DNA of 64,000 nucleotides. Origin: Cyanobacteria bacterium auto_48_18. GTDB taxonomy: Bacteria > Cyanobacteriota > Vampirovibrionia > Obscuribacterales > Obscuribacteraceae. The notes under the pieces were generated by a model. That model was not told the origin of the DNA, did no database searches, and saw only the letters and a program-made list of their open reading frames with translations. Position numbers and translations under genes: made by a program. The stretch is taken from assembly GCA_036170915.1 (NCBI GenBank), contig JAVHQC010000029.1, forward strand, positions 1-64,000. The letters are read 5' to 3'. Positions 49,541-60,340 of the stretch are shown in pieces (within the stretch, counting starts at the first letter, position 1; every line of letters begins with the position of its first letter).

Positions 49541-50527
49541 ATGTCCGATCTTCTTTCTCAAGAAAACAAAAGTGACCCCACGGCCTCAATTGTCGCTCTG
49601 ACTAAAGAAGCCAAGCGCCTGGCATTAATCAGTTCTCGCGGTGCTCGCGAAGAAGGTGAAGGCTATGAGGAAAAACCACTGCGGTTGCCCGAATGGGTCA
49701 AACGCTCAGTGCTCAACACCGAAGAAAATCGCCAGACCAGACTGATTCTTAAAGAACAGAAATTAAATACAATTTGCGAGAGCGGCCGCTGTCCTAATAA
49801 AGGCGAATGCTGGAGCAAAGGTACAGCTACATTTATGTTGATGGGCGCGCTATGCACTCGTACTTGTCGCTTCTGCGCAGTAAACAAAGGTCTACCTGAA
49901 GCTCTAGATGAGGGCGAACCAGCTCGCATTGCCGAAGCCGCTAAACAAATGAACCTGCGTCATGTGGTCTTGACCTCAGTCAACCGTGATGATTTACCAG
50001 ATCAAGGTGCTAACCATTTTGCTCGCACCATTACTGCCATCAAAGGTGCCATCGAAGGGGTGGCCGTAGAAGTGCTTACGCCTGATTTTCAGGGGCGCCG
50101 CGAGTGTTTAGAAATTGTGCTGGCCGCGCAACCGGTTGTCTACAATCACAATACCGAAACCGTTCCAAGGCTCTACAAGACCATGAGACCAGGGTCAAAA
50201 TATGATCGCTCCATGATGGTCTTGCAGATGGCTAAAGAAATCGCACCAGAAATTCCTACCAAATCTGGCTTGATGCTTGGCTGTGGCGAAAGTTTTGATG
50301 AAGTCAAAGCAGTGCTGCGAGACCTGCGCGCAGTTGGTTGTGATTTTCTTACCCTCGGACAATATCTAAGACCAACTCGCGATCAACTGCCGGTGAAGCG
50401 CTACGTTGAACCGGCTGAATTTGACGAACTCGGTGAGTACGCCTGGAGCATCGGCTTCAAGATGGTGCACTCGGGACCCCTGGTACGCAGCTCCTATCAC
50501 GCAGAAGAGTTAGCCAACCAGCTTTGA
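49541..50527 (+). CDS. lipA: Lipoyl synthase
   Basis: CX4CX5C (CESGRCPNKGEC), radical SAM CTRTCRFC and PLVRSSYHA. Confidence 0.97.
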   Translation: MSDLLSQENKSDPTASIVALTKEAKRLALISSRGAREEGEGYEEKPLRLPEWVKRSVLNTEENRQTRLILKEQKLNTICESGRCPNKGECWSKGTATFMLMGALCTRTCRFCAVNKGLPEALDEGEPARIAEAAKQMNLRHVVLTSVNRDDLPDQGANHFARTITAIKGAIEGVAVEVLTPDFQGRRECLEIVLAAQPVVYNHNTETVPRLYKTMRPGSKYDRSMMVLQMAKEIAPEIPTKSGLMLGCGESFDEVKAVLRDLRAVGCDFLTLGQYLRPTRDQLPVKRYVEPAEFDELGEYAWSIGFKMVHSGPLVRSSYHAEELANQL

Positions 50528-51855
50528 TTTACAACTATCTATATGGTTCTTTTGCTAACGGGGGCCGGGCGTTGAGCGACGAAAATATGAGCTTCGCCCC
50601 ACCTGGTGCTCCAGAAGATAATTCGGAGCTCGGACAAGCGCGCAAACTTTTTGACCAAGGTTTGCTTGAGCAATGCCGCACTAAAGTTGCTAAATACTGG
50701 CTTGAAAATACTTATGATCGAGAGGCAGTGCAGCTTTTTGCAGAACTGGTGCGCGAACTGGGGCGAGAAGAAATTGCCACCAAGTTAGATAATTTTGCCA
50801 ACAAACTAGACGGCTCGGTGGCACCATATAAAAATCATCAAGAAATTTTTGAAGCAGGGTACGCTCTGGTGGAAATTTGTCAGCACGAGCTGGCGGCGAT
50901 GTTGCTCAAAGAACTGCACCGAGAGCTGCCTGACGACCCCCTGGTCAACTATGAATTAGGCTTTTCTTTGATGTCGCTCAAGCGTTTTAAAGACGCGCGC
51001 AAATATTTTGCTCAGGCTGCAAATTCAAAAGACGATTTTGACGCCTTGCTTAACTTGTGTGTTTGCGAAACTCTCGAGCGCAATTGCGAAGGCGCCAGGC
51101 GACTGATTAATGAGATGAGCAGCCTGGCTAACAGCGACGAAGAAAAAACAGAATTGGTGCATCGCAAGCTGGTTCTGGCCAGACTGGAAAGTCTAGACGG
51201 CAAAAGGCAGCTGAACAATCGCGACTGGTTGTACGCTCTCTATGGCACCATTCTTTTGCGGCCTGACGTTAAGCCTCAAGAATTAAAAGATGACATTACT
51301 CAGATTGCTTCAATGCTGGTTATTTTGCGGGGTTTGCTAGCGGGATTATCAATCGAAACTGAAGCAGTTGAATATTATTCGCTGCGTTCACGGCCCATAA
51401 CCAATGCGCTCAGTCAGTTGATGGAAGTGACTTATGATGCCTATCGGGGCCCGCACCGGCCAGACCAAGTGATGCTTTTGATGTGCTGGACCACAGACAT
51501 TTTAGGGCCTCACGGTGCATTTATTGAAAACAATTTGAAGCGTAGCTTGTTTGCTTATGGTTTAAGCCCCGTGGAGCCACTACCACTGGTGCCAGATATT
51601 ATTGGTTGCCTGGCTCACGACATTATCATGCCGTGGGAAGGTGCTGATCAATCGAATAAAGACGTCAACGCACTGACTGAGCAGATTTACACCAGAGCTT
51701 GTGATCTGGAATCAGACCCGAGTCTGCTGCGCGAGACACAGGAAGCAGTTGAATATTATGTGGGCAAAAGAAGGCTACTGGTTTTAGGAAATCCTGAAGC
51801 ATTTCCTAACAGGCCAGAATACACTGCCGAATTGCCGAATATAGAGCAGCCGTAA
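50524..51855 (+). CDS. Hypothetical protein with N-terminal TPR-like repeats
   Basis: 443-aa ORF between lipA and cobS with TPR-like helices (VNYELGFSL...A..YF). Start uncertain. Confidence 0.7.
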   Translation: MIYNYLYGSFANGGRALSDENMSFAPPGAPEDNSELGQARKLFDQGLLEQCRTKVAKYWLENTYDREAVQLFAELVRELGREEIATKLDNFANKLDGSVAPYKNHQEIFEAGYALVEICQHELAAMLLKELHRELPDDPLVNYELGFSLMSLKRFKDARKYFAQAANSKDDFDALLNLCVCETLERNCEGARRLINEMSSLANSDEEKTELVHRKLVLARLESLDGKRQLNNRDWLYALYGTILLRPDVKPQELKDDITQIASMLVILRGLLAGLSIETEAVEYYSLRSRPITNALSQLMEVTYDAYRGPHRPDQVMLLMCWTTDILGPHGAFIENNLKRSLFAYGLSPVEPLPLVPDIIGCLAHDIIMPWEGADQSNKDVNALTEQIYTRACDLESDPSLLRETQEAVEYYVGKRRLLVLGNPEAFPNRPEYTAELPNIEQP

Positions 51856-51856
51856 A

Positions 51857-52636
51857 ATGCGATGGCTTCTTGAGTTATTGCACACTATTTCTTACGTCAC
51901 CATTGTTCCGCTGGCAAAATTTGTTGATGCTAATGCAGAGCCCATTGGACTGGCCAAATATTTGCCCACAGTGGGTGCGTTGATTGGTTTGTTTCTGGCC
52001 ATTTCTTATCTCGGCCTGCAGGCGATTTCTGTGCCGCCTCTACTATGCGCCACCATCATCGTGGTGCTATGGCTTGTAATCACCGGCGCATTGCACTTTG
52101 ATGGCCTGATGGATACCGCTGACGGTTTGTGTTCACATCAAAGTTTAGAGCGCATGCTTGAAATTATGCATGATCCACGGGTGGGAAACTTTGGCGTGAT
52201 TGTCGGTGTTTGTACAATTGCTTTAAAAATCGCTGCCTTGTCGACTTTGATTGTTGCAGTGCCTTCCCTAATGGTGCTTCTCTTGTTGCTGAGCCCATCG
52301 TTTGCGCGCCTGGCCGAAACCTGGGCCATTGGACACTATCGATATGCGCGTGAGACCGGTAAAGGGAAAGTGTGGCATGAAAGTACGAAGTTTCCACATG
52401 ATTTTTTGTGGGCAATTGTTGTGCCTGCGGGTTTGCTTTTAACGGCTGTTTTTAAAGGTAATTCTTCTACTTTGCTTTTGCTTTTCACTGGTATCACAGT
52501 GACAATTGGCTGGCTTATGGCGGCGTGGTTGAATCGAGTTTTAAGCGGTCACACCGGTGACACATATGGAGCGGTGGTGGAGTTAAGCGAAACCTTACCG
52601 CTGGTAGCTTTTGCTTTGTTTGTCAGTGGAAGATAA
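51857..52636 (+). CDS. cobS: Adenosylcobinamide-GDP ribazoletransferase (cobalamin synthase)
   Basis: TGALHFDGLMDTADG, EIMHDPRVGNFG and GHTGDTYGA..E. Multi-TM. Confidence 0.93.
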   Translation: MRWLLELLHTISYVTIVPLAKFVDANAEPIGLAKYLPTVGALIGLFLAISYLGLQAISVPPLLCATIIVVLWLVITGALHFDGLMDTADGLCSHQSLERMLEIMHDPRVGNFGVIVGVCTIALKIAALSTLIVAVPSLMVLLLLLSPSFARLAETWAIGHYRYARETGKGKVWHESTKFPHDFLWAIVVPAGLLLTAVFKGNSSTLLLLFTGITVTIGWLMAAWLNRVLSGHTGDTYGAVVELSETLPLVAFALFVSGR

Positions 52637-52640
52637 AGAT

Positions 52641-52718
52641 TAAACCGGATGACTGTCGGTTTTGAAAACTGAAGCGTGCACGGTTAACTTTAGACAAAAA
52701 CTTAACCGGGTGACCTTA
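52641..52718. repeat. REP-like palindrome copy flanked by two companion motifs
   Basis: CCGGATGAC (52645-52653), AAAACTGAAGCGTGCACG (52665-52682) and CCGGGTGACC (52706-52715). Fills the gap between convergent cobS and A2M. Confidence 0.8.
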
Positions 52719-55700
52719 TTCAATAATCACGGTCTCAGTTTTTGTGCGACCAAATGTCTCGCTCTGATACATCTCTTCCACTTTAGTTGGCGGCACGGTA
52801 AAGCGCCCCGGAGTAGTGGCTTGAATCGTATATGTGTAATCGTACTCACCAGCGGGCAAGAGTGAAGTGAAAACTTCAGCTTGATGATCGCGCAGGTTGT
52901 CGTGCTCGTACCATGGCCGCCACCACCAGCATCGTTCAAATAAAGGCTTCTGAACTTCACCTGGGTTTTCAGCCTGCCAGTCGTGAGTCGGCACGGTAGT
53001 GCGAGTGCCAAGCAAAGCCGCATTAACCGGCTCTGCACCAGCAGGTAATGGATCTGCCAGAGCGACGTGATAACGGGCACCAATATTTTTGAAATGCAAT
53101 TTAACCTTAACAGAAGCTCCAGATTTGAAGTGCCAGATGCCGTCACCGTCTTGTCGAACATCACTTTGAGAATCTATGGGAAGATAATTGCGAGTGACAC
53201 TGAAGCCTTGATCCATGGCCTTGAGGTTGAGATTCTTCGGCACATAATCAAGGGCCAGGCGATAGTACAAACGACCTTGGCCCTGTTTATTGATCAATAT
53301 TTCACTGGCAGTATTTTTGAGCAGGTAATCCATGGGAACCCGTGTAAGTCTACTTATAGTCGTGCGTCCGGCAAATTTGTGATTTGCCAGAAGTGTATTG
53401 CCCAGCCATGTTTGAGCGATGAAATCAGGCACTTGCTTTTCATAAGTATTGAAATAGCGATCAAGTGTTTGCAGAATATATCCGTTTTCTTGTGTGCCCT
53501 CCCAGGCACCATTTTTGCGATGGGCCAAAAGGCCTTTAACAAATTTTGGAATTAAATCACTGGTGGGCTGGTCTTCCATCAATGCTTCCAGCACGGCTGC
53601 GTCAGTTCTCCGTGGGCTGGCAAAGATAAGATAGTTCCACTCAACGCCGTAGCCACCATTATCATTTGCAGAAGCGGTAGACGCAGTTTCTTTGATTTGA
53701 CTTTGAATCAGGTCTCTAAGCGCTTTAGCATCAGCGCTATATTTTTCGTCTTTATCTAATATCACGAGCAACCATGAGGCAACTTCAACAGTGACATAAT
53801 CTTTCAAACGGTCAGCGGGGAGCGAGGCAAACTGCTCTTTTTTAGAGCGATAGCTACCAAGCGCGAGTGACCGTACGAGTAGAGACTTAGCAGCGTCTGC
53901 ATCATTATCTTTGGCTAAGTGCCTGACATTGAGAGCTCGAGCTAGAACCGCAATACGCATCCCTTCACAATAATATGAAGGCAGATACTGTTCGATATTC
54001 TTTAAAAACTCAAGGGCGCGTGTGGCCACATTGTCATTGACTTTATAGTCTTTCGACTTTGCCAGATGCAGGGCGCGAGTGACTTGAATTGATACATACG
54101 GCCATTCGGTGCTTTCGGCGGCTGACCAGAGACCGAAGCCGCCTTCATTACCTTGGCGCTTCTCTAGTGTATCTATGTCAGCTTTGACAATGGTTTTAAA
54201 ACGCTCTTGCTCGTCGCCTTTTAAGATACCAAACGCAGTGAGCGTATCTTGCAAAGCCAGCATGGCAATTAAGCGTGATGAAATTTGCTCTGAACACGAA
54301 TACGGATAATCACGCAAATAGATGTAAGCGTCGGTCAATGACTGCACAGCCGTACTGCTGGTCTCAATTGATAGGCCCCCGAGCTCAGGGAATACATCTT
54401 TTGGTGTGTCTAATTTTTGTACCGCTATGCCTTTGTCGACCACACCGTAGGCGGCAAAAGTTTCGGAACTAGCAGGCACTAAAACCGGCAAACTAAACTC
54501 GGCAGCGTCAGAATATTCGCCTGAAACTGCAGCGCACTGAAACTGCGCTTTACCAAAACCGGTGGCCACAGTGGAAAATCTCACTTCTACTCTATCATTG
54601 GCAGGCACTGTCACGGTCTTACCGCTCTCTAGAATCTGAGCATTATCTGCACGCATGGCAATCTGTGCTTGCAATGGCTTATCGGTCTGATTCTGAATTA
54701 CAACAGGCAGTTCACAACGATCAGCCAGTTGCAAAAATCTTGGTGGTGAGGGCTTGACCATCATCGGCATTTTTGTGGTGACGATTGATTCGGCTGAACC
54801 AAATTGCTCATTTCCAGCCACAGCCAGAGCCATGACGCGATAGCGCGTCACGCTGTCCGGCAAAGTGAAGTTCACTTCTGCTTTGCCATTGGCGTCAGTT
54901 GTGAGTGCCGCTTTGAAAACGGCCAGGGCAGAGAAATTCTGGCGTAGAACAATACTAGGCACTCTAGCACCATCACCATCAGGAATTGGAGCACCTTCAG
55001 GCAATGTTGGTGAAGTCTTTTGATGACGTTCGGCACGACCACTGGAGAAATGCCGTTCGTCTACCACAGAGGGCTCAAACGAAAACATATTCATGTCGCG
55101 AGGACCAGATGCTGGTGCAGCTCCGGCAAGGCTTGCGCCCTTTAACCTCAATGATTTAAATGGCATCGGCTCGCGTTGCTGTTTAGAATCAGGTTGCTCA
55201 CCGGCCTTCAAAACAACATACTGCCGACTATGACTGTCTATTATGGATGGCAAAACACGCGGATAGAAAAACTCCATGGGATCTTGCCATCTGTAATTGG
55301 TCAAAGCGAGGACGGCCTCATCAACCACAGCTAAGGCCACTTGTGCATTTTCCACAGCGTGCCCGGCAGCGTCTTTGAGCTCCAAATTTATAGTGCTAGA
55401 TTTGCCCGGCGCACTCTCAGCTTTAAGTGGAGTGGCAGTCAAAGCCAGCCTTCTTGCTTTTGGTGGTACCAACAACGTGACACTGCCAGAGCCAAAACTT
55501 GAACTGTCGCCGGCCAGATAAACTTCAACGCGCACGTCCGGGTAATAATCTTCTGTAATTGGAATGTCGATAGTCTTACTTGGTCCATTCAGCACAATTG
55601 GAGTGTTCGAGATATTTCTATTTCTCGTAATAATCAAGGCCCCTTTGCCTGGTCCAAAAGTGCTCTCAATGGCAATTTTGGCCACGTCGCCCGGCTGATA

Positions 55701-58700
55701 TTCAGCCTTATCTGCAGTTAGTTTGAGAGATTGAATTCCAGCCAACATCGTGTTGGTTTTCTTTTGCGGCAAAGCAATAGACGAACTATCTGAGCAGCTA
55801 TTAGAGCGACCGCTGGCATCTTTTATACGGGCTGTGCAAGCAAATGAGACTGATGTTTTCGCCGGCGAAAAACGCAATTCGGCTGGCGCATCGCCAATAG
55901 AAAGATACTCAGTTCTACTTTTGCTTTCGCCGTTTACGTCCGACTCTTTTATCTCTAGCTCTACTTTTGTGCCGCTTCTTATTTTTCCGTCTAGATCGGT
56001 GGCCACTACATTCAGTGTCACCGGTTCATCTTTAAGATATTGAGATTTATCTTTCTTTATACCAACGTAGGTGTCAGCAGGATGCACCAGTAAAGCTGCA
56101 GAACTGGTCCATTGTTGGCGATTAACGTCTACTACTGTGGCCTGGCATTGATACGACATTGGCACAGGTTTCGGTGTAGAGATAAACTTGAGGGCAATGG
56201 TGTCATTTCCCTGCGAATCAGATTGCCCTGTTAGTGTTTTCTGACCATTGGTGATTGGCTGATTTCTGCGTAACCGACCTCGCTCGGCATACCAACTATA
56301 CAAATCAAAACCACTGCCAAAATTGTATCCACTCCAACCTGGGGGTGCATAGCTAGCCACTGATGGTGTCACCACCCAGTTCACCGGAGCATTCGCAAGT
56401 GCTCCACCAATCAAGTAATTGGCTGACGAACTAACGGTCGTACTGTCACCTAAAACCAGAGCGGTACTTTTAGCGGCTGTCACCTTCATTTCAAATTCAG
56501 GTCGACGAAATTCTTGAATAGTGATTGGCAAAACTGTTGAAATTTCGCCAAGAGATTGGTGGGGATAATATCTGCGACCGTGGCGGCCACCCATAAATGT
56601 GTTTGGCGAAGTTTTAGGGCTAGAGCGCAAAACTGAGTGGTCATCGGCTTCATCGGCAGGTTTGGTGATTGTCATTCCTACTTGCGCTTGACCAAGCTGA
56701 AGCTTTTCTGGCAGATTGATCTGGTAAGAAAAACCTCCCATTTTGTCTACGCCACTTTCACCACTAACCACTTTTACACCAGTGGCATCGGTGACTTGAT
56801 AGTATATTTTTTCGTAATCAGGTGCCTTTAAACTGAGGCGGCCAGTTTCTGTATAGTCAGCCTTACGCAACCATCCTTTGACAATCACCTGTTCGCCTGG
56901 CTTATACAAGTTTCGATCACATACGGTGTACCAGCGCACCGAATTCGCTATCTCATTGATGTGCCAGCTGCCACCATAGGCATTGGGAGAAAGCACCGCA
57001 CTATCGGCACCTTTGCTGCCAATTAAGACATGGTGGTGATTTGGACTTTTGACCAGTGGCAACTGTGCCTGACCATCTTTGTCGGAAATGACTGTTTCAG
57101 TTTGCTCGTGCAACTTCAGCTCAACGCCCGATAGGGGGGTGGCATCATTTAAATTGGTAGCCAGAATTTCTAGATTGCGGCTATCGAAGGCGTCGAGACC
57201 AATGTCTGTTACTTGAATCCAAGATCTGGTTAGATGATGCTGCTGGCCCTCAACAACCGGCAGCAAATCAGCGCGCACCATCAAATGACCATACTTATTT
57301 TCTAAATATGGTTTTAAATCTATCTCCAACTGACGGCCGTTCTCGCCAATATCATAAGTTTTCGAATGCACTAGTTGCCCGATAGTATCAGGCTCTCGAT
57401 GATAGCCAATTTGCCGGTAGGCGAAATTGTCGGTGGCTTGCACGCGCCTGATTTCTACCTTAACGGTAGGTGCACCTTGCACCCAGGCTGAATAGTGGGG
57501 AGCGCGATCGGATGTGTAAGTTTTAAATGGTTGATCCGGTCTGATCAAATAGGGTAATGCTTCTGTTTTGATTTCAGCAGTGGTATCACGTTCAAGTGTT
57601 TGACCAAATTTATCTTTTAAGTTTTTGTTGAGCGTGACTTTATAAGCTTTTAGCGGCTTAAAGTTGCCGGATAGATAGAGATTTTTTCCCGCAGGAGAAA
57701 TTTGCAAACGCTCTACTTCAGGGCTAACAGTGACCAGTTCAGCTAGCTTGATTTTCGCATCAAGTTGGTTAGAGAACTCGAGGTGCGCTGAGCCATTCTC
57801 ACCAGAACTTCCAATAATCTGATTTTCCAGAAGTTTGAAAGCCTCATGCACTTTAAATTGGTACGACTCATTACTGTCACTGAGCAGCGGCCCTTCTTCT
57901 GAAGGCAAACCCTTTTCAAATTCCACGGTCATCTGCGCGCCTTTTGGCAAAGCGGCAGTAGGCTCAAATGCCAGCCAATATTTTGTTGCTTCAAAAGGAA
58001 TCAGCGCTTTTATTTCTGCGTCTCTGGCTTGCAGCTGATTTTTTGAAAGCAAGCGAACAGGATAAATTTTGGTACCAGATTTCAACTGAGTTTTATCTAG
58101 AATTTTTTTCGCATCAACCGCCTGATTGAATTGGGCAATGATTACAGGTGTGGTGCTCTGGTCGCCATATTGGCCATCCTGCTGCGGTGGATAGAGATTC
58201 GTTACTTTTACCGGAGGAGTTGTGATCACATAGCTGACTGCTTTTTCTACAGCATTGCCGGTAACCGATTTGGCGGTGGCAGGCACACTGACAATATATT
58301 TGGTGGCTTTCGGAAACCGACCGCCCTCAGGGGTGAAAAGCAGAGTTTGCGGACCAGCCCACTTCCAATCGCCTTTTGGTTGCGGCGTGAGCGTGACAAA
58401 CTGATCTGGTTTAACTGCTTCGAGATGCACTAAGGCAGTGAGCGGCTGTGAAAACGAAATAGCAAACTGCTCAATTACATCATTAAGCCCTTCAGCACTT
58501 ACTCTTGATACTTTGAGTGGGGCATCGCTTTTCCACTCAGTTTTTTTTGGAGTGGTGGGGCTCACAGCTGCTACTTTAGGCGGAAAAGTTTCAACTACCT
58601 GGGTGCCCGGTACAGGTGGACGTATTAGAGAATCTTGCGGCAGCACTAATTTTTGCTCGGCAGGCGCCTGCAGTGTTTTTAATTTGCCAAGTATGGTCTC

Positions 58701-58937
58701 AACTCTTTCTTGCGGCAGAGGGGTAGTGACCGGCAGCGGCAAAGCGGTGACAATTTTCTTCTCGGCATTTGAGTCAACTTCGGTAACTGTGTACGAAAGT
58801 TGTAAAGCATCCTCGGCTTCGGCGGCGAAAGCCACGGTGATTAGCGCTGGGCCACTGCCGCTGATAATCAGCAAAGCGGTCAAGCAAAGAGACAACAACC
58901 TCAAGACCAGCGAACGTGGTCTTCTATTTGAAATCAT
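52716..58937 (-). CDS. Bacterial alpha-2-macroglobulin family protein
   Basis: 2073 aa. DRNLYKPGE, QEFRRPEF, AVVDEAVL, LPDSVTRYR, thioester YPYSCSEQ, GTQEN and C-terminal PGRFTVPPTKVEEMY. Confidence 0.93.
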   Translation of the reverse strand: MISNRRPRSLVLRLLSLCLTALLIISGSGPALITVAFAAEAEDALQLSYTVTEVDSNAEKKIVTALPLPVTTPLPQERVETILGKLKTLQAPAEQKLVLPQDSLIRPPVPGTQVVETFPPKVAAVSPTTPKKTEWKSDAPLKVSRVSAEGLNDVIEQFAISFSQPLTALVHLEAVKPDQFVTLTPQPKGDWKWAGPQTLLFTPEGGRFPKATKYIVSVPATAKSVTGNAVEKAVSYVITTPPVKVTNLYPPQQDGQYGDQSTTPVIIAQFNQAVDAKKILDKTQLKSGTKIYPVRLLSKNQLQARDAEIKALIPFEATKYWLAFEPTAALPKGAQMTVEFEKGLPSEEGPLLSDSNESYQFKVHEAFKLLENQIIGSSGENGSAHLEFSNQLDAKIKLAELVTVSPEVERLQISPAGKNLYLSGNFKPLKAYKVTLNKNLKDKFGQTLERDTTAEIKTEALPYLIRPDQPFKTYTSDRAPHYSAWVQGAPTVKVEIRRVQATDNFAYRQIGYHREPDTIGQLVHSKTYDIGENGRQLEIDLKPYLENKYGHLMVRADLLPVVEGQQHHLTRSWIQVTDIGLDAFDSRNLEILATNLNDATPLSGVELKLHEQTETVISDKDGQAQLPLVKSPNHHHVLIGSKGADSAVLSPNAYGGSWHINEIANSVRWYTVCDRNLYKPGEQVIVKGWLRKADYTETGRLSLKAPDYEKIYYQVTDATGVKVVSGESGVDKMGGFSYQINLPEKLQLGQAQVGMTITKPADEADDHSVLRSSPKTSPNTFMGGRHGRRYYPHQSLGEISTVLPITIQEFRRPEFEMKVTAAKSTALVLGDSTTVSSSANYLIGGALANAPVNWVVTPSVASYAPPGWSGYNFGSGFDLYSWYAERGRLRRNQPITNGQKTLTGQSDSQGNDTIALKFISTPKPVPMSYQCQATVVDVNRQQWTSSAALLVHPADTYVGIKKDKSQYLKDEPVTLNVVATDLDGKIRSGTKVELEIKESDVNGESKSRTEYLSIGDAPAELRFSPAKTSVSFACTARIKDASGRSNSCSDSSSIALPQKKTNTMLAGIQSLKLTADKAEYQPGDVAKIAIESTFGPGKGALIITRNRNISNTPIVLNGPSKTIDIPITEDYYPDVRVEVYLAGDSSSFGSGSVTLLVPPKARRLALTATPLKAESAPGKSSTINLELKDAAGHAVENAQVALAVVDEAVLALTNYRWQDPMEFFYPRVLPSIIDSHSRQYVVLKAGEQPDSKQQREPMPFKSLRLKGASLAGAAPASGPRDMNMFSFEPSVVDERHFSSGRAERHQKTSPTLPEGAPIPDGDGARVPSIVLRQNFSALAVFKAALTTDANGKAEVNFTLPDSVTRYRVMALAVAGNEQFGSAESIVTTKMPMMVKPSPPRFLQLADRCELPVVIQNQTDKPLQAQIAMRADNAQILESGKTVTVPANDRVEVRFSTVATGFGKAQFQCAAVSGEYSDAAEFSLPVLVPASSETFAAYGVVDKGIAVQKLDTPKDVFPELGGLSIETSSTAVQSLTDAYIYLRDYPYSCSEQISSRLIAMLALQDTLTAFGILKGDEQERFKTIVKADIDTLEKRQGNEGGFGLWSAAESTEWPYVSIQVTRALHLAKSKDYKVNDNVATRALEFLKNIEQYLPSYYCEGMRIAVLARALNVRHLAKDNDADAAKSLLVRSLALGSYRSKKEQFASLPADRLKDYVTVEVASWLLVILDKDEKYSADAKALRDLIQSQIKETASTASANDNGGYGVEWNYLIFASPRRTDAAVLEALMEDQPTSDLIPKFVKGLLAHRKNGAWEGTQENGYILQTLDRYFNTYEKQVPDFIAQTWLGNTLLANHKFAGRTTISRLTRVPMDYLLKNTASEILINKQGQGRLYYRLALDYVPKNLNLKAMDQGFSVTRNYLPIDSQSDVRQDGDGIWHFKSGASVKVKLHFKNIGARYHVALADPLPAGAEPVNAALLGTRTTVPTHDWQAENPGEVQKPLFERCWWWRPWYEHDNLRDHQAEVFTSLLPAGEYDYTYTIQATTPGRFTVPPTKVEEMYQSETFGRTKTETVIIE

Positions 58938-59002
58938 GCGAACTCCCGGAGGTATGCGATTGGCATATTCTAGCCCTAAACTGAAAGGACCTAAGGGTTC
59001 TC

Positions 59003-59030
59003 AAAACTGAAACGTGCACGTTTCAGTTCT
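59003..59030. repeat. Perfect core copy of the intergenic palindrome family
   Basis: AACTGAAACGTGCACGTTTCAGTT (59005-59028) is a perfect 24-bp palindrome between divergent genes. Confidence 0.9.
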
Positions 59031-59047
59031 GAAATGAACTAGAACGG

Positions 59048-60340
59048 GTGGTACCATGGATTTTTCAACTGGAGCTGCCTTTGTCACTCTTCTCAAAATT
59101 GATGACTATACTGGCAGTCTTTCTGGCGCTTTTACCCAGCTACATCGTTCTGGTTCAGCCGGTATTAATGCAAGCCGGCGACTTTCTTATTACTTTTTAT
59201 CCAGCGGGCAAATTAGCGCAAATCGGTCGCATAGCCGATATTTACACGCCGGCAAATATGACGACGTTTATCAACGCGCCCTTTGACAAGTTTACTCACG
59301 AGACATTTCCGGCCATTGCAAAAAGCTATGTGGCCATTTATATGTACAGCCCACTAATTGCTCTGTTCTTTGCCCCTTTTAGTTTGCTTCAGGCGCAGGC
59401 TTCACTGATTCTCTGGCAATTTATCAATATCGCAGCGGCGGTATATTGTGCCTCGCTTTTTGCCAGGCCTAATTTAAAAAAGAAAATCCAGGATCTTTCG
59501 GTGATTTTCTTGTTCTGTCCGATTTTTCACACTTTGCTAATTGGACAGCTTGGAATTTTGTTCGGATTATTGCCGCTAACGCTGGCATACAAATTTTTGC
59601 TGCAGCGAAAAGAATTTTTAGCCGGACTTGTGTTCGGCACTCTTTATATGAAACCGCAATTTTTACCCTGCGCCCTGCTCGTTTGCGGTGCACTCTTCTT
59701 CATTAAAAGACCTAAAGCCACTTTAGGGTTGTTGTGTGGCATGGTGGCCATGGCACTACTGACAGTGGCACTAACGGGCAGTGATATGTTAATTGCATTT
59801 TGGCAAAGTATCAAAATGTCCGATACCTGCTATTCGTGCGCCGGATACAGACCAGCCTCCACAATTATCACTTGCCTGCCCGCTGTAATTTTGCAATTTT
59901 TCGATTTCAATGCTCGCGAAGGGGTCAAAATTTATGCATATGGCGCAGCCGCCTTAATTGGCTTGGGTGCTTTGCTTTATTGTGTTCAAATGTGGCGCAA
60001 GCTGCCTCATGAACAAGCCACGGCCCTCACATTCTTAATTGGTCTTTTTGTCTTGCCGCTAGTGGTACCACACTTCCTTTTTTATGATCTTTGCGGTCTG
60101 GCAATGATGGCTTTTATGATTAATACAAATGTCTTTAAGCCGGCAGTGAGCGCCAGGCTGCACCCACTGCGCCGGGCGCTCTGGTGCATCTGCAATCTCT
60201 ACTATGTGGGCTTCTCATTCTTCCCTGTAGTTTTACTCGGGCCCTGGTATCCGCTAATTCTTGTTATATTACTGACAGCGCTACTGGTCCTAATATTGAA
60301 AGTGCAAAATCAGCAGCAGACAGTGACAGGTGACCTGTGA
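59048..60340 (+). CDS. GT-C fold membrane glycosyltransferase (GT87/DUF2029-like)
   Basis: GDF..FY.AG, YMYSP..ALFFAPFSLL, LLIGQ, KPQF and PHFLFYD. Many TM helices. Confidence 0.8.
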   Translation: MVPWIFQLELPLSLFSKLMTILAVFLALLPSYIVLVQPVLMQAGDFLITFYPAGKLAQIGRIADIYTPANMTTFINAPFDKFTHETFPAIAKSYVAIYMYSPLIALFFAPFSLLQAQASLILWQFINIAAAVYCASLFARPNLKKKIQDLSVIFLFCPIFHTLLIGQLGILFGLLPLTLAYKFLLQRKEFLAGLVFGTLYMKPQFLPCALLVCGALFFIKRPKATLGLLCGMVAMALLTVALTGSDMLIAFWQSIKMSDTCYSCAGYRPASTIITCLPAVILQFFDFNAREGVKIYAYGAAALIGLGALLYCVQMWRKLPHEQATALTFLIGLFVLPLVVPHFLFYDLCGLAMMAFMINTNVFKPAVSARLHPLRRALWCICNLYYVGFSFFPVVLLGPWYPLILVILLTALLVLILKVQNQQQTVTGDL

